From a virus (lineage: Duplodnaviria; Heunggongvirae; Uroviricota; Caudoviricetes), in the IMG/VR virus record IMGVR_UViG_2703718784_000007: a stretch of DNA of 26,417 nt; one strand, written 5' to 3'. The notes under the pieces are model-generated. The model saw only the letters and a program-made list of their open reading frames with translations, was not told where the DNA came from and did no database searches. Made by a program: the position numbers and the translations under genes. Below, piece by piece: positions 1-7,002 of this stretch. Each line of letters starts with the position of its first letter. Position 1 is the first letter of the stretch.

Positions 1-300
1 TCGAGTCCTCGATGGCGGTCCATTATCTGCATCATGCGTTGTTAGCTCTGATGAGTGAATCATTGTCTTTTGAGCAACAGGCTATCATATAAGATAGTCT
101 CAGATTTCCTTGTTTATTCTCGCCGGATGCTTCGTAGATATTTGCAGGCATCTGTATGCAGGGGTATTATTGCGGCATATATCATCCGGAAAAATAAAAA
201 CTACATGCTGATCCGGAGATGATAGTTACAAGTCCTCCCGGATCCCGCATATTTACTATATTTTATAGATAATTGTTCTTGTTAATATGGAGATGGATAA

Positions 301-729
301 ATGTATTGCCGTGCTGTACCGGTTCTTGTTTTGATATTAGCCAGTCTGACAACTGGCTGCACAAAAGATGTATCGACAAATAATTATGATGCTTCGCTGC
401 ATCACTCAGATAAATTAATAAAGTCGCAAAATTTGAGCTTATCGGAACGTACCCCTGATGCCAGTGAAGAAATCCGGCAGTATGCCATTCAGGTCAGGGA
501 AGCCATAGAAGAACAGTTAAAGGATGCGGGTAAGTATTCAGGAAAAGAGTGTTCACTGAGAATGTATATGGCCCCGAATGGTCTTCTGCTACAGGTTAAA
601 AGAGAAAGCGGTGATCCCGATTTATGTCGTGAAGCGATGAATGCAGTAAAGAATGCTGATATACCATCACCACCGTCTTCAGGAGTATATAAAGCATTTA
701 GAAATGGCGTGCTGGATTTTAAACTCTGA
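301..729 (+). CDS. Lipoprotein with TolA C-terminal (domain III)-like domain; candidate moron
   Basis: ATG at 301 with GGAG upstream; N-terminal signal peptide ending in lipobox-like LTTGC; C-terminal ~90 aa closely resembles E. coli TolA domain III as recalled (GKxCxLR..APxGxLL..GDPxLC...IPxPPS...LDFK). Not verified by database search. Confidence 0.8.
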   Translation: MYCRAVPVLVLILASLTTGCTKDVSTNNYDASLHHSDKLIKSQNLSLSERTPDASEEIRQYAIQVREAIEEQLKDAGKYSGKECSLRMYMAPNGLLLQVKRESGDPDLCREAMNAVKNADIPSPPSSGVYKAFRNGVLDFKL

Positions 730-795
730 CTGGGGGAGAAGATTTTCTCCTGTCCAGATGATTTTGGGGTGCTGGAAAGATATTGTGCTGTGAAG

Positions 796-1042
796 TGTTA
801 AATTCCTCACAATTCAGTAAGTTGACAGTTGCCTGTCAGACTGGGCATTTGTTAAAAAAATTTCGCATGGTGAATCCCCCTGTGCGGAGGGGCGACTGGT
901 GAACGGTATGATCTCTTTGATGATCGTAAGCGAGAATACGCGGGTTTAGTGTCACCGGGCTGAACTCACCGGGAGGCACCCGGCACCATGCTCATGGTGA
1001 TACAGAAATGCGGCTTCAGCCCCTCTCTGGAGGGGCTTTCTT
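796..1042 (+). repeat. Copy A of triplicated structured non-coding module (conserved blocks tgttaaat..cctcacaattcag / gcatggtgaatccccctgtgcggaggggc / ctgaactcaccgggaggcacccggcaccatgc, ending in terminator)
   Basis: Direct comparison with copies B and C; long-range 8-bp helix 865-872/984-991 encloses hairpins 877-892 and 969-983. Confidence 0.6.
1018..1042 (+). terminator. Intrinsic terminator-like hairpin (agcccctc-tctg-gaggggct followed by ttctt)
   Basis: Perfect 8-bp GC-rich stem, 4-nt loop, T-rich tail. Confidence 0.65.
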
Positions 1043-1047
1043 ATGGA

Positions 1048-1115
1048 CAAAAAAGCCCGCGCTGGGAGACGCGGGCGGCAAGGAATAAACAATAAAACGT
1101 GAAGTAATATTTCAG
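1048..1115 (-). ncRNA. Candidate minus-strand small RNA, copy A (about 70 nt)
   Basis: Minus-strand sigma70-like promoter: -35 TTGCGC (plus 1147-1152), 18-bp spacer, -10 TATTAT (plus 1123-1128). Minus-strand intrinsic terminator (stem gcccgcg/cgcgggc at plus 1055-1076, followed by a T-run on the minus strand = plus A-run 1048-1054). Same architecture conserved in copy C. Confidence 0.3.
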
Positions 1116-1477
1116 CTGGCGAATAATACCCCATAGTAATCACTCTGCGCAACTGCGCGGCCTTTTTCGAATTGCGGGCTGTAGTCTCCCTTCTGCCGGG
1201 TGGCCTGGTTGCAGATTTCTTCATGGGGTAGGGTTCGGCAGTTAAAGCAGCGATGGCGCTGGGGCGTCGTGCTATAGGCGTTGAGCTGGATACCGGGCGT
1301 TTTGAACAGACTGCGCAGGCAATCAGGGATATATTTATCGGTAGCTGTTTGCAGAAGTAATCTCCCAAAATTCCATTTTTGGAATGCAGTGGTTGTTGCT
1401 GTAGTGTGGGCAAGTTCTGGAACTGGCTTCGTCCATTGCAGATGATTGTTAGCTGGATATCAGTTACCTCATGGAAA

Positions 1478-1711
1478 TGTTAAATGACTCACAATTCGGT
1501 TGATGGACTATTGTCTGATTGATGGAAGTCTTGTAAAAACGAGCCAGCATAGTGAATCCCCCTGTGCGGAGGGGCGTCTGACATGGTCTCCATAGCGATG
1601 GTCACAATACGCAGATTCAGTAGTCAGGCTGAATCTACCGGGAGGCACCCGGCACTATGCTGCTTATGGTGTATACACAGCGATCGGCCCCTCTCCTGAG
1701 GGGCTTTTTTT
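1478..1711 (+). repeat. Copy B of triplicated structured non-coding module
   Basis: Same conserved blocks as copy A; long-range helix 1547-1554/1653-1660 (gcatagtg/cactatgc) carries a compensatory change relative to A and C; hairpins 1559-1574 and 1638-1652. Confidence 0.6.
1687..1711 (+). terminator. Intrinsic terminator (gcccctc-tcct-gaggggc followed by ttttttt)
   Basis: 7-bp GC-rich stem, 4-nt loop, T7 run. Confidence 0.8.
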
Positions 1712-1730
1712 GTGCGGGAAAAGGCTGTGT

Positions 1731-1974
1731 TGTTAAATGTTAAATCCCTCACAGTTCAGATGGTTGATGCTTGCCTGTCTGACGGGGAGTTGTTAAAAAA
1801 GTTCTGCATGGTGAATCCCCCTGAGCGGAGGGGCATATCAGCGCAGGTGTTTCTACTCTATCCTTTCTGTGCGGGTTCAGGTGCTGATACTGAACTCACC
1901 GGGAGGCACCCGGCACCATGTAGTATACAGAGATTAGGCATACATCCAGGCTCCTCATTGCAGGAGCCTTTTTA
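1731..1974 (+). repeat. Copy C of triplicated structured non-coding module
   Basis: Same conserved blocks; helix 1806-1813/1914-1921 (one G-U wobble at its end). Confidence 0.6.
1948..1974 (+). terminator. Intrinsic terminator (aggctcct-cattgc-aggagcct followed by tttt)
   Basis: 8-bp stem, 6-nt loop, T-run. Confidence 0.7.
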
Positions 1975-1979
1975 CATGC

Positions 1980-2047
1980 AAAAAAACCGCTCCAGGGAAG
2001 AGCGGTTGGCAAGGAATAAATAACAAAACGTGAAGTAATTTATTCAG
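1980..2047 (-). ncRNA. Candidate minus-strand small RNA, copy C (about 70 nt)
   Basis: Minus-strand promoter -35 TTGCGC (plus 2079-2084), 18-bp spacer, -10 TATTAT (plus 2055-2060); minus-strand terminator stem aaccgctc/gagcggtt (plus 1985-2007) followed by T-run on the minus strand. Paralogous to the unit at 1048-1115. Confidence 0.3.
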
Positions 2048-2197
2048 CGCCCTAATAATACCTTACAGTAATCACATTGCGCAACTGTATGTAAGGGCGT
2101 ATTTCTTTTTTGCGGGCTGTTTTGTGTGACTTTTGTGTTTCCGGAGGTCAGCCCGAGCCTTCTCTGACTCAGAACATTATTCCGGCCGGGAGGATTC

Positions 2198-4186
2198 ATG
2201 GCATTTAAACACTACGATGTGGTCAGGGCGGCATCGCCGTCAGACCTTGCTGAACGACTGACACAAAAACTGAAGGAGGGGTGGCAGCCATTTGGCAGCC
2301 CTGTCGCCATCACGCCTTATACCCTGATGCAGGCTATTGCGGCGGAAGGTGATGTCACCACGCCGGTGCTGGTTAAACCATCGGGTGACGGGGAGACGGC
2401 TATCAGCAAGACCGGTGAGCCTGAATATTATTATGTTGTCGCGCTGGCGGGTCAGTCAAATGGTATGTCTTTTGGAGAGGGAGTACCGTTACCTGATTCT
2501 TATGATCGCCCTGATCCGAGAATTAAGCAGCTTGCCCGTCGACGTACCGTTACGCCGCGAGGCGTTCCCTGCACCTATAACGATGTTATTCCGGCAGATC
2601 ATTGTCTTCATGATGTGATGGATATGAGTGAAAAAAATCACCCCCGGGCAGACCTCAATAAAGGTCAGTATGGTTGTGTGGGTCAGGGACTGCATATTGC
2701 CAAAAAACTGTTACCGTTTATACCGGCGAATGCGGGCATTCTTCTGGTTCCATGCTGTCGTGGAGGCTCGGGAGTGACTACAGGTAATGAGGGAACATTT
2801 AACGCCTCTTCCGGGGCAAGCCCTGATTCTGCATTGTGGGGAGCTGATAAGCCGCTGTACCAGGATCTGTTAAGTCGCACGAAAGTCGCGCTGGCTAAAA
2901 ATCCCGGAAATATCCTGCTGGCGGTAATCTGGATGCAGGGGGAGAGTGATCTGGCTTCAGGAAGCCAGAGTCATAATGCTCTTTTTACTGGCATGGTACA
3001 GAAATTCCGTGCTGACATCGCTGATATGTCAGGGCAGTGCGTGGGGGGCTCGGCACTGAGCGTTCCGTGGGTTTGTGGCGATACGACGCATTACTGGAAA
3101 GAAAAATATGCTGCGTCTTATGAAACTGTATACGGTGGATATAAAAATAAGGCAGCGCAGAATATTCACTTTGTCCCTTTCATGGTTGATGGAAGCGGGG
3201 TAAATGTGCAGACCAATAATCCGGCAGAAGATCCTGATATTGAAGGTATTGGCTACTCCGGTTCGAAGTGGCGAGACAGTTCTGTCAGCTGGACGTCAGG
3301 TGACAGGGCAAGCCATTTCGGTTCATGGGCGCGGCGTGGAATTATTTCAGATCGTCTTGCAACCGCAATTCTGACCCACGCAGGCAAATACCCGGCGTTT
3401 ATCACCGGGCGGTCAGAAACGGTAGTTGCAGGAGATGAACGGGAAAACGTTACATCCGGAAATTTCCCGTCACCTGTGGAGGATGCTGCGTTATCACAGG
3501 ATGCACCTCAGAGAAGAACGGTTGTTGAGTATAATTCAGCTGTTGAGAAAGACAGCCTCGGTGGTAACTGGGCAGCCCAGCACTGGAATGCCCGGGACGG
3601 TGTCGCCGAGTTTGTTAATGATGAAAGCAGACAGGTGCTGAAGATTAAGCAGCATGAGGGCAAACAGGGACCGTGGATGCTGTCAGCAGGAGTATCAGCT
3701 GAAGATGCCCGTGCTCTGTATGAAAATGGCGGTGAAATAAAACTTGAATTCAGGTTGCCGGATGGTACCCAGGTTGCAGATGACAAATACCTCTTTGGTG
3801 TTTACCTGCCAGTTTCCGGGTGGACTCAGGAAGGCAACGGCAGCAATATGATGGCCTCCTTTTTCACTCAGACAAAAGCCAGTAACCTGGATGTCATGTA
3901 TCACGGTAAAACACAGCCTAATACAAAAATTGAGTCATTCGGTGCGGTTAATAACAACTGGCACACGCTTGTCTTTAAATATAAAGGAGGCGGCAATCAC
4001 CAGGTTATTCCGGTACTTGACGGAGAAGAGAAAACAGGTTTTGCACTGAAAGAAGGTCCGGTCACTTCTGCCTTTACGGTGGATAACATCACAGTGACAG
4101 GTATCAGCGCAAATCAGGGAAAATCTTATCCTGTCATGTTCCGCAGTATCATGGTAAGCATTAACCAGGCAACCTCTTCATCATAA
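2198..4186 (+). CDS. nanS: Prophage sialate O-acetylesterase (NanS-p family; SGNH/SASA esterase domain plus C-terminal domains)
   Basis: 662-aa ORF with GGGAGGA RBS; GQSNG-type catalytic serine motif (VALAGQSNGMSFGEG); size and position immediately upstream of the lysis genes as in Stx-type lambdoid prophages. Confidence 0.85.
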   Translation: MAFKHYDVVRAASPSDLAERLTQKLKEGWQPFGSPVAITPYTLMQAIAAEGDVTTPVLVKPSGDGETAISKTGEPEYYYVVALAGQSNGMSFGEGVPLPDSYDRPDPRIKQLARRRTVTPRGVPCTYNDVIPADHCLHDVMDMSEKNHPRADLNKGQYGCVGQGLHIAKKLLPFIPANAGILLVPCCRGGSGVTTGNEGTFNASSGASPDSALWGADKPLYQDLLSRTKVALAKNPGNILLAVIWMQGESDLASGSQSHNALFTGMVQKFRADIADMSGQCVGGSALSVPWVCGDTTHYWKEKYAASYETVYGGYKNKAAQNIHFVPFMVDGSGVNVQTNNPAEDPDIEGIGYSGSKWRDSSVSWTSGDRASHFGSWARRGIISDRLATAILTHAGKYPAFITGRSETVVAGDERENVTSGNFPSPVEDAALSQDAPQRRTVVEYNSAVEKDSLGGNWAAQHWNARDGVAEFVNDESRQVLKIKQHEGKQGPWMLSAGVSAEDARALYENGGEIKLEFRLPDGTQVADDKYLFGVYLPVSGWTQEGNGSNMMASFFTQTKASNLDVMYHGKTQPNTKIESFGAVNNNWHTLVFKYKGGGNHQVIPVLDGEEKTGFALKEGPVTSAFTVDNITVTGISANQGKSYPVMFRSIMVSINQATSSS

Positions 4187-4260
4187 AACAAAAAAACGCC
4201 AGCGCAGAGGAGAACGGGAGGATAAGTCTGACGCTGGCGGAGGAGTATCCTCATGGAGAA

Positions 4261-4292
4261 CGATATGTAACACATATCGCCTTTCTTTTATT
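4261..4292 (+). terminator. Terminator-like hairpin after nanS-p (cgatatgt-aac-acatatcg followed by cctttcttttatt)
   Basis: Perfect 8-bp stem, AT-rich, followed by a T-rich tract. Confidence 0.45.
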
Positions 4293-4332
4293 GAAAAGTC
4301 ATCGCCATTGTCAACCATAACGGTAAGAAACT

Positions 4333-4515
4333 ATGACATTTGTTCATCAACTGATGCTGTACTTCTGTACGGTGGTATGCGTGCTGTATCTTCTTTCGGG
4401 TGGGTACAGAGTCGTGCGCGATTTCTGGCGCAGGCAGATTGATAAAAGGGCCGCTGAGAAAATCAGCGCCAGTCAGTCAGCCGGAAGCAAACCCGAAGAT
4501 CCGCTCATTCCGTAG
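4333..4515 (+). CDS. Hypothetical small membrane protein (60 aa, one hydrophobic helix then a basic tail)
   Basis: ORF track only; weak RBS; overlaps the 5' part of ORF 4400-4822 in another frame. Confidence 0.3.
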   Translation: MTFVHQLMLYFCTVVCVLYLLSGGYRVVRDFWRRQIDKRAAEKISASQSAGSKPEDPLIP

Positions 4516-4552
4516 TCACTTTCTTGACAACACCTTTCAACGAGAAAATCCT

Positions 4553-4822
4553 ATGTCAGAAATAAAATCGCTGGTAACTGCTGAGGCAGTGAAGGAAGTC
4601 CTGCGCTCTGAAGAAGTCCTGAGCGCACTGAAACAAAAACTCCGCCAGAATCTTGAGGCGCGTCTTGATGCAGAAGTGGATGCCATTCTGGATGAACTGC
4701 TGGGCGCACCGACTGTTCCGGAGCCGGAAGGCATTGCGGATGACAGTGCTGTTTCAGATGGCGTCGGGTCTCAGCCTGACGGTAGTGAAGAGCCTCAGCC
4801 TGACGGCGAAATGATGATGTAA
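4553..4822 (+). CDS. Hypothetical acidic protein (89 aa)
   Basis: Internal ATG at 4553 (MSEIKSL...) of ORF 4400-4822, chosen because the upstream part overlaps 4333-4515; Asp/Glu-rich C-terminus. Confidence 0.45.
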   Translation: MSEIKSLVTAEAVKEVLRSEEVLSALKQKLRQNLEARLDAEVDAILDELLGAPTVPEPEGIADDSAVSDGVGSQPDGSEEPQPDGEMMM

Positions 4823-4896
4823 CCATGCGCAGGGGTGTCGGTGTGAGCTGATGCCCCACTTGTTGTTGTGAGCTTCCGGATTGCGGGAGACGGGGT

Positions 4897-5112
4897 ATGT
4901 ACCAGATGGAAAAAATCACAACAGGTTTGTCATACACCACGTCAGCGGTGGGAACGGGCTACTGGTTCCTGCAGTTGCTGGACAGGGTTTCCCCGTCTCA
5001 GTGGGCGGCAATAGGCGTGCTGGGGAGTCTGCTGTTTGGGCTGCTGACATATCTGACGAACCTGTATTTCAAAATTAAAGAAGACCGGCGTAAGGCGGCG
5101 CGGGGAGAGTAA
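4897..5112 (+). CDS. S: Class II holin, phage 21 S21-type pinholin with dual-start motif
   Basis: 71 aa; Met1 and Met4 starts (MYQMEK...); strong similarity to S21 as recalled ([14 protein letters not shown]...[20 protein letters not shown]). Confidence 0.85.
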   Translation: MYQMEKITTGLSYTTSAVGTGYWFLQLLDRVSPSQWAAIGVLGSLLFGLLTYLTNLYFKIKEDRRKAARGE

Positions 5113-5116
5113 GCTG

Positions 5117-5650
5117 ATGAGCAGGAAACTCCGCTATGGTTTATCGGCTGCCGTTCTGGCGCTGATTGGTGCAGGGGCGTCTGCGCCTGAAATCCTCGAC
5201 CAGTTTCTGGATGAAAAAGAAGGCAACCACACCACGGCATACCGTGATGGCGCGGGTATCTGGACCATCTGCCGTGGAGCCACCCGGGTGGATGGTAAGC
5301 CTGTTATTCCTGGCATGAAGTTGACGAAGGAAAAATGCGACCGGGTTAACGCCATTGAGCGTGATAAGGCGCTGGCATGGGTGGAGAAAAACATCAAAGT
5401 GCCACTGACTGAACCCCAGAAAGCGGGGATCGCGTCATTCTGCCCGTATAACATTGGCCCCGGTAAGTGTTTCCCGTCGACGTTTTATAAACGAATTAAT
5501 GCAGGCGATCGCAGGGGAGCGTGTGAGGCGATTCGCTGGTGGATTAAGGACGGTGGCAGAGACTGCCGTATTCGCTCAAATAATTGCTACGGTCAGATAT
5601 CCCGTCGTGACCAGGAGAGCGCGCTGGCGTGCTGGGGAATCGACAGATAA
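5117..5650 (+). CDS. R: SAR endolysin (signal-anchor-release lysozyme, R21-like)
   Basis: Starts 4 nt after holin stop; N-terminal Gly/Ala-rich weakly hydrophobic SAR segment (LSAAVLALIGAGASAP); EG...D...T catalytic region typical of T4-lysozyme-like SAR endolysins. Confidence 0.9.
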   Translation: MSRKLRYGLSAAVLALIGAGASAPEILDQFLDEKEGNHTTAYRDGAGIWTICRGATRVDGKPVIPGMKLTKEKCDRVNAIERDKALAWVEKNIKVPLTEPQKAGIASFCPYNIGPGKCFPSTFYKRINAGDRRGACEAIRWWIKDGGRDCRIRSNNCYGQISRRDQESALACWGIDR

Positions 5651-5740
5651 GCAGAATATTTTGCTGAAAAATGACGTTGACCAACGCGGACGGATAACAC
5701 GAAATCCTGCGAACTGGCAAAACCTAGTGAATAAAAGTAA

Positions 5741-5775
5741 AAACCCCGTTTGTTGGCAGCAAGCGGGGTTTTGTG
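5741..5775. terminator. Hairpin with A-tract before and T-tract after (aaaccccg...cggggtttt), possibly a bidirectional terminator, between R and Rz
   Basis: 8-bp stem with a 15-nt loop; weak as a canonical terminator. Confidence 0.3.
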
Positions 5776-5808
5776 TTTCCTGACTCCGGAAAAGTCAAAG
5801 GAGAAAGT

Positions 5809-5946
5809 GTGTTTAATTTTAGCAAACTGATTCGGGAGATTCGAGTGATGGCTGAAAAATTATCCACCTGGAAGTTCATCCTTATCTGGCTGGTGTTTGT
5901 GATTATGGCCTCCGGTTATTTCATCGGTCAGATACGCTGGTGGTGA
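5809..5946 (+). CDS. Hypothetical small hydrophobic peptide between endolysin and Rz (45 aa from GTG 5809, or 32 aa from ATG 5848)
   Basis: AGGAGA 4 nt upstream of GTG; hydrophobic core [18 protein letters not shown]; stop TGA 5944-5946 lies 1 nt before the Rz ATG. Below the ORF-track size cutoff. Confidence 0.3.
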   Translation: MFNFSKLIREIRVMAEKLSTWKFILIWLVFVIMASGYFIGQIRWW

Positions 5947-5947
5947 A

Positions 5948-6442
5948 ATGAACCGCGTTCTGTGTGTGGTCATTATTGCCTTGCTGGTGGCCTGTGGTGC
6001 GCTTAGTCTGGGGCTGAATCATTACCGTGATAACGCCATCACCTACAAAGCGCAGCGCGATAAAAAAGCCAGAGAGCTGGAGCTGGCAAACGCAACCATT
6101 ACTGACATGCAGCAGCGCCAGCGTGATGTTGCTGCGCTTGATGCCAGATACTCAAGGGAATTAGCCGATGCGAGAGCTGAAAATGAAACTCTGCGTGCTG
6201 ATGTTGCCGCTGGTCGTAAGCGCCTGCGGCTCAACGCCACCGGCCCCGGTACCGTGCGTGAAGCCACCGGCACCTCCGGCGTGGATAATGCAACCGGCCC
6301 CCGACTGGCAGACACCGCTGAACGGGATTATTTCAACCTCAGAGAACGGTTGATGACAATGCAGAAGCAGCTGGAAGGGGCGCAGGAATATATACGCACT
6401 CAGTGCACTAAGCTGGCTTTTTATTATCCGGAGGATACATGA
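5948..6442 (+). CDS. Rz: Rz i-spanin
   Basis: Strong similarity to lambda Rz as recalled ([16 protein letters not shown]..., ...[23 protein letters not shown]); N-terminal TM helix. Confidence 0.9.
   Translation: MNRVLCVVIIALLVACGALSLGLNHYRDNAITYKAQRDKKARELELANATITDMQQRQRDVAALDARYSRELADARAENETLRADVAAGRKRLRLNATGPGTVREATGTSGVDNATGPRLADTAERDYFNLRERLMTMQKQLEGAQEYIRTQCTKLAFYYPEDT
6168..6353 (+). CDS. Rz1: Rz1 o-spanin lipoprotein, embedded in the +1 frame of Rz
   Basis: Lipobox LVVSAC, proline-rich ([27 protein letters not shown]), matching lambda Rz1; fully nested within Rz. Confidence 0.8.
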   Translation: MRELKMKLCVLMLPLVVSACGSTPPAPVPCVKPPAPPAWIMQPAPDWQTPLNGIISTSENG

Positions 6443-6663
6443 AGAAATTACGGGTAACCGTAGAACCTTTTCAGGGAACAATTCCGTTCCGTATTTTGCA
6501 GCGTGGTCGTGTTCTTGTTGAAGGTTCGTTCAGTGGTAAATGTACGCAATTACACTCCCGGACCTTTCAGGTGAATGCCACGAATGAAGAGCTAACCGTT
6601 GAGTGTACGATGAATGCCGCTAAATGCCGCATGGTATCCGCTGCATTACAGCCAGTGTGTTGA
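6439..6663 (+). CDS. Hypothetical protein (74 aa), start overlaps the Rz stop
   Basis: ATGA overlap with Rz stop; GGAGGA RBS 5 nt upstream; no recognisable domain. Confidence 0.45.
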   Translation: MKKLRVTVEPFQGTIPFRILQRGRVLVEGSFSGKCTQLHSRTFQVNATNEELTVECTMNAAKCRMVSAALQPVC

Positions 6664-6971
6664 GCGACCTTATTATCCATGGCGCGGTATTGTCGCCGTA
6701 TTCCCGTATTAACAGAGACCGCAGCCCGACAGGGAGACTCCTCTGCGCGAGTGTGCGGGGATAATCAAAAACGATACACACCGGGGTTTACCGCGTTAAC
6801 GGAGCGCGGCGTTGTCCCCTCATGGTCGCTGGTCCGGTGCGATGGTGGAAGAAACCGGACGATGTGTTACCTCGCAAGCTCTGTTATGTCATGTGTCTGA
6901 TTTGTGATTTAAGTCGGATAATTGTCGTTGCCATTAAGCAGAGGATTGATGACCGACAGGGTGGCATTGTT

Positions 6972-6988
6972 AGAATAAGACTTATTCT
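6972..6988. promoter_or_regulatory. Perfect 17-bp palindrome AGAATAAG-A-CTTATTCT immediately upstream of the TonB-like gene (candidate operator or RBS-sequestering hairpin)
   Basis: 8-bp arms around one central base; AT-rich; ends 14 nt before the ATG at 7003. Confidence 0.3.
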
Positions 6989-7002
6989 TATCTGTGCCGG
7001 GA

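Noticed and set aside
49-56. ctgatgag, the hammerhead-ribozyme core motif
   Set aside because: Isolated 8-mer without the flanking helices or GAAA element; most likely chance.
1-90. Possible 3' end of an upstream gene (frame 3 open from the window start to TAA at 88-90), e.g. the Q antiterminator
   Set aside because: Only 29 codons visible and no recognisable motif; cannot be supported.
866-893. ERIC (enterobacterial repetitive intergenic consensus) element
   Set aside because: Only the gtgaatcccc start resembles ERIC from memory; the rest does not match what I recall, so I report it as an unclassified repeat rather than ERIC.
952-1413. 153-aa minus-strand ORF from the six-frame track
   Set aside because: Runs across two terminator hairpins and the conserved repeat blocks; no RBS; composition looks like translated structured DNA.
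796-1974. tRNA genes (Stx phages carry tRNAs at this position)
   Set aside because: No cloverleaf could be built: no canonical T-loop (TTCRANY) in a 5-bp stem, and no D-arm or anticodon arm at tRNA spacing; the helices found enclose ~100 nt instead.
1712-2023. 103-aa plus-strand ORF from the track
   Set aside because: Spans repeat module C including its terminator hairpin; the same DNA in copies A and B is not open in a conserved frame.
2337-3904. Several 60-100-aa ORFs on both strands inside nanS-p (2337-2618, 2489-2695, 2683-2880, 3426-3641, 3508-3786, 3695-3904)
   Set aside because: Entirely nested in alternative frames of a well-supported 662-aa gene.
4187-4250. Hairpin cgccagcg...cgctggcg just after nanS-p as a terminator
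   Set aside because: 24-nt loop and no U-tract on the plus strand; the 4261-4292 hairpin is a better terminator candidate.
5454-5783. 109-aa plus ORF
   Set aside because: Overlaps the 3' half of the endolysin gene in another frame and runs through the hairpin at 5741-5775.
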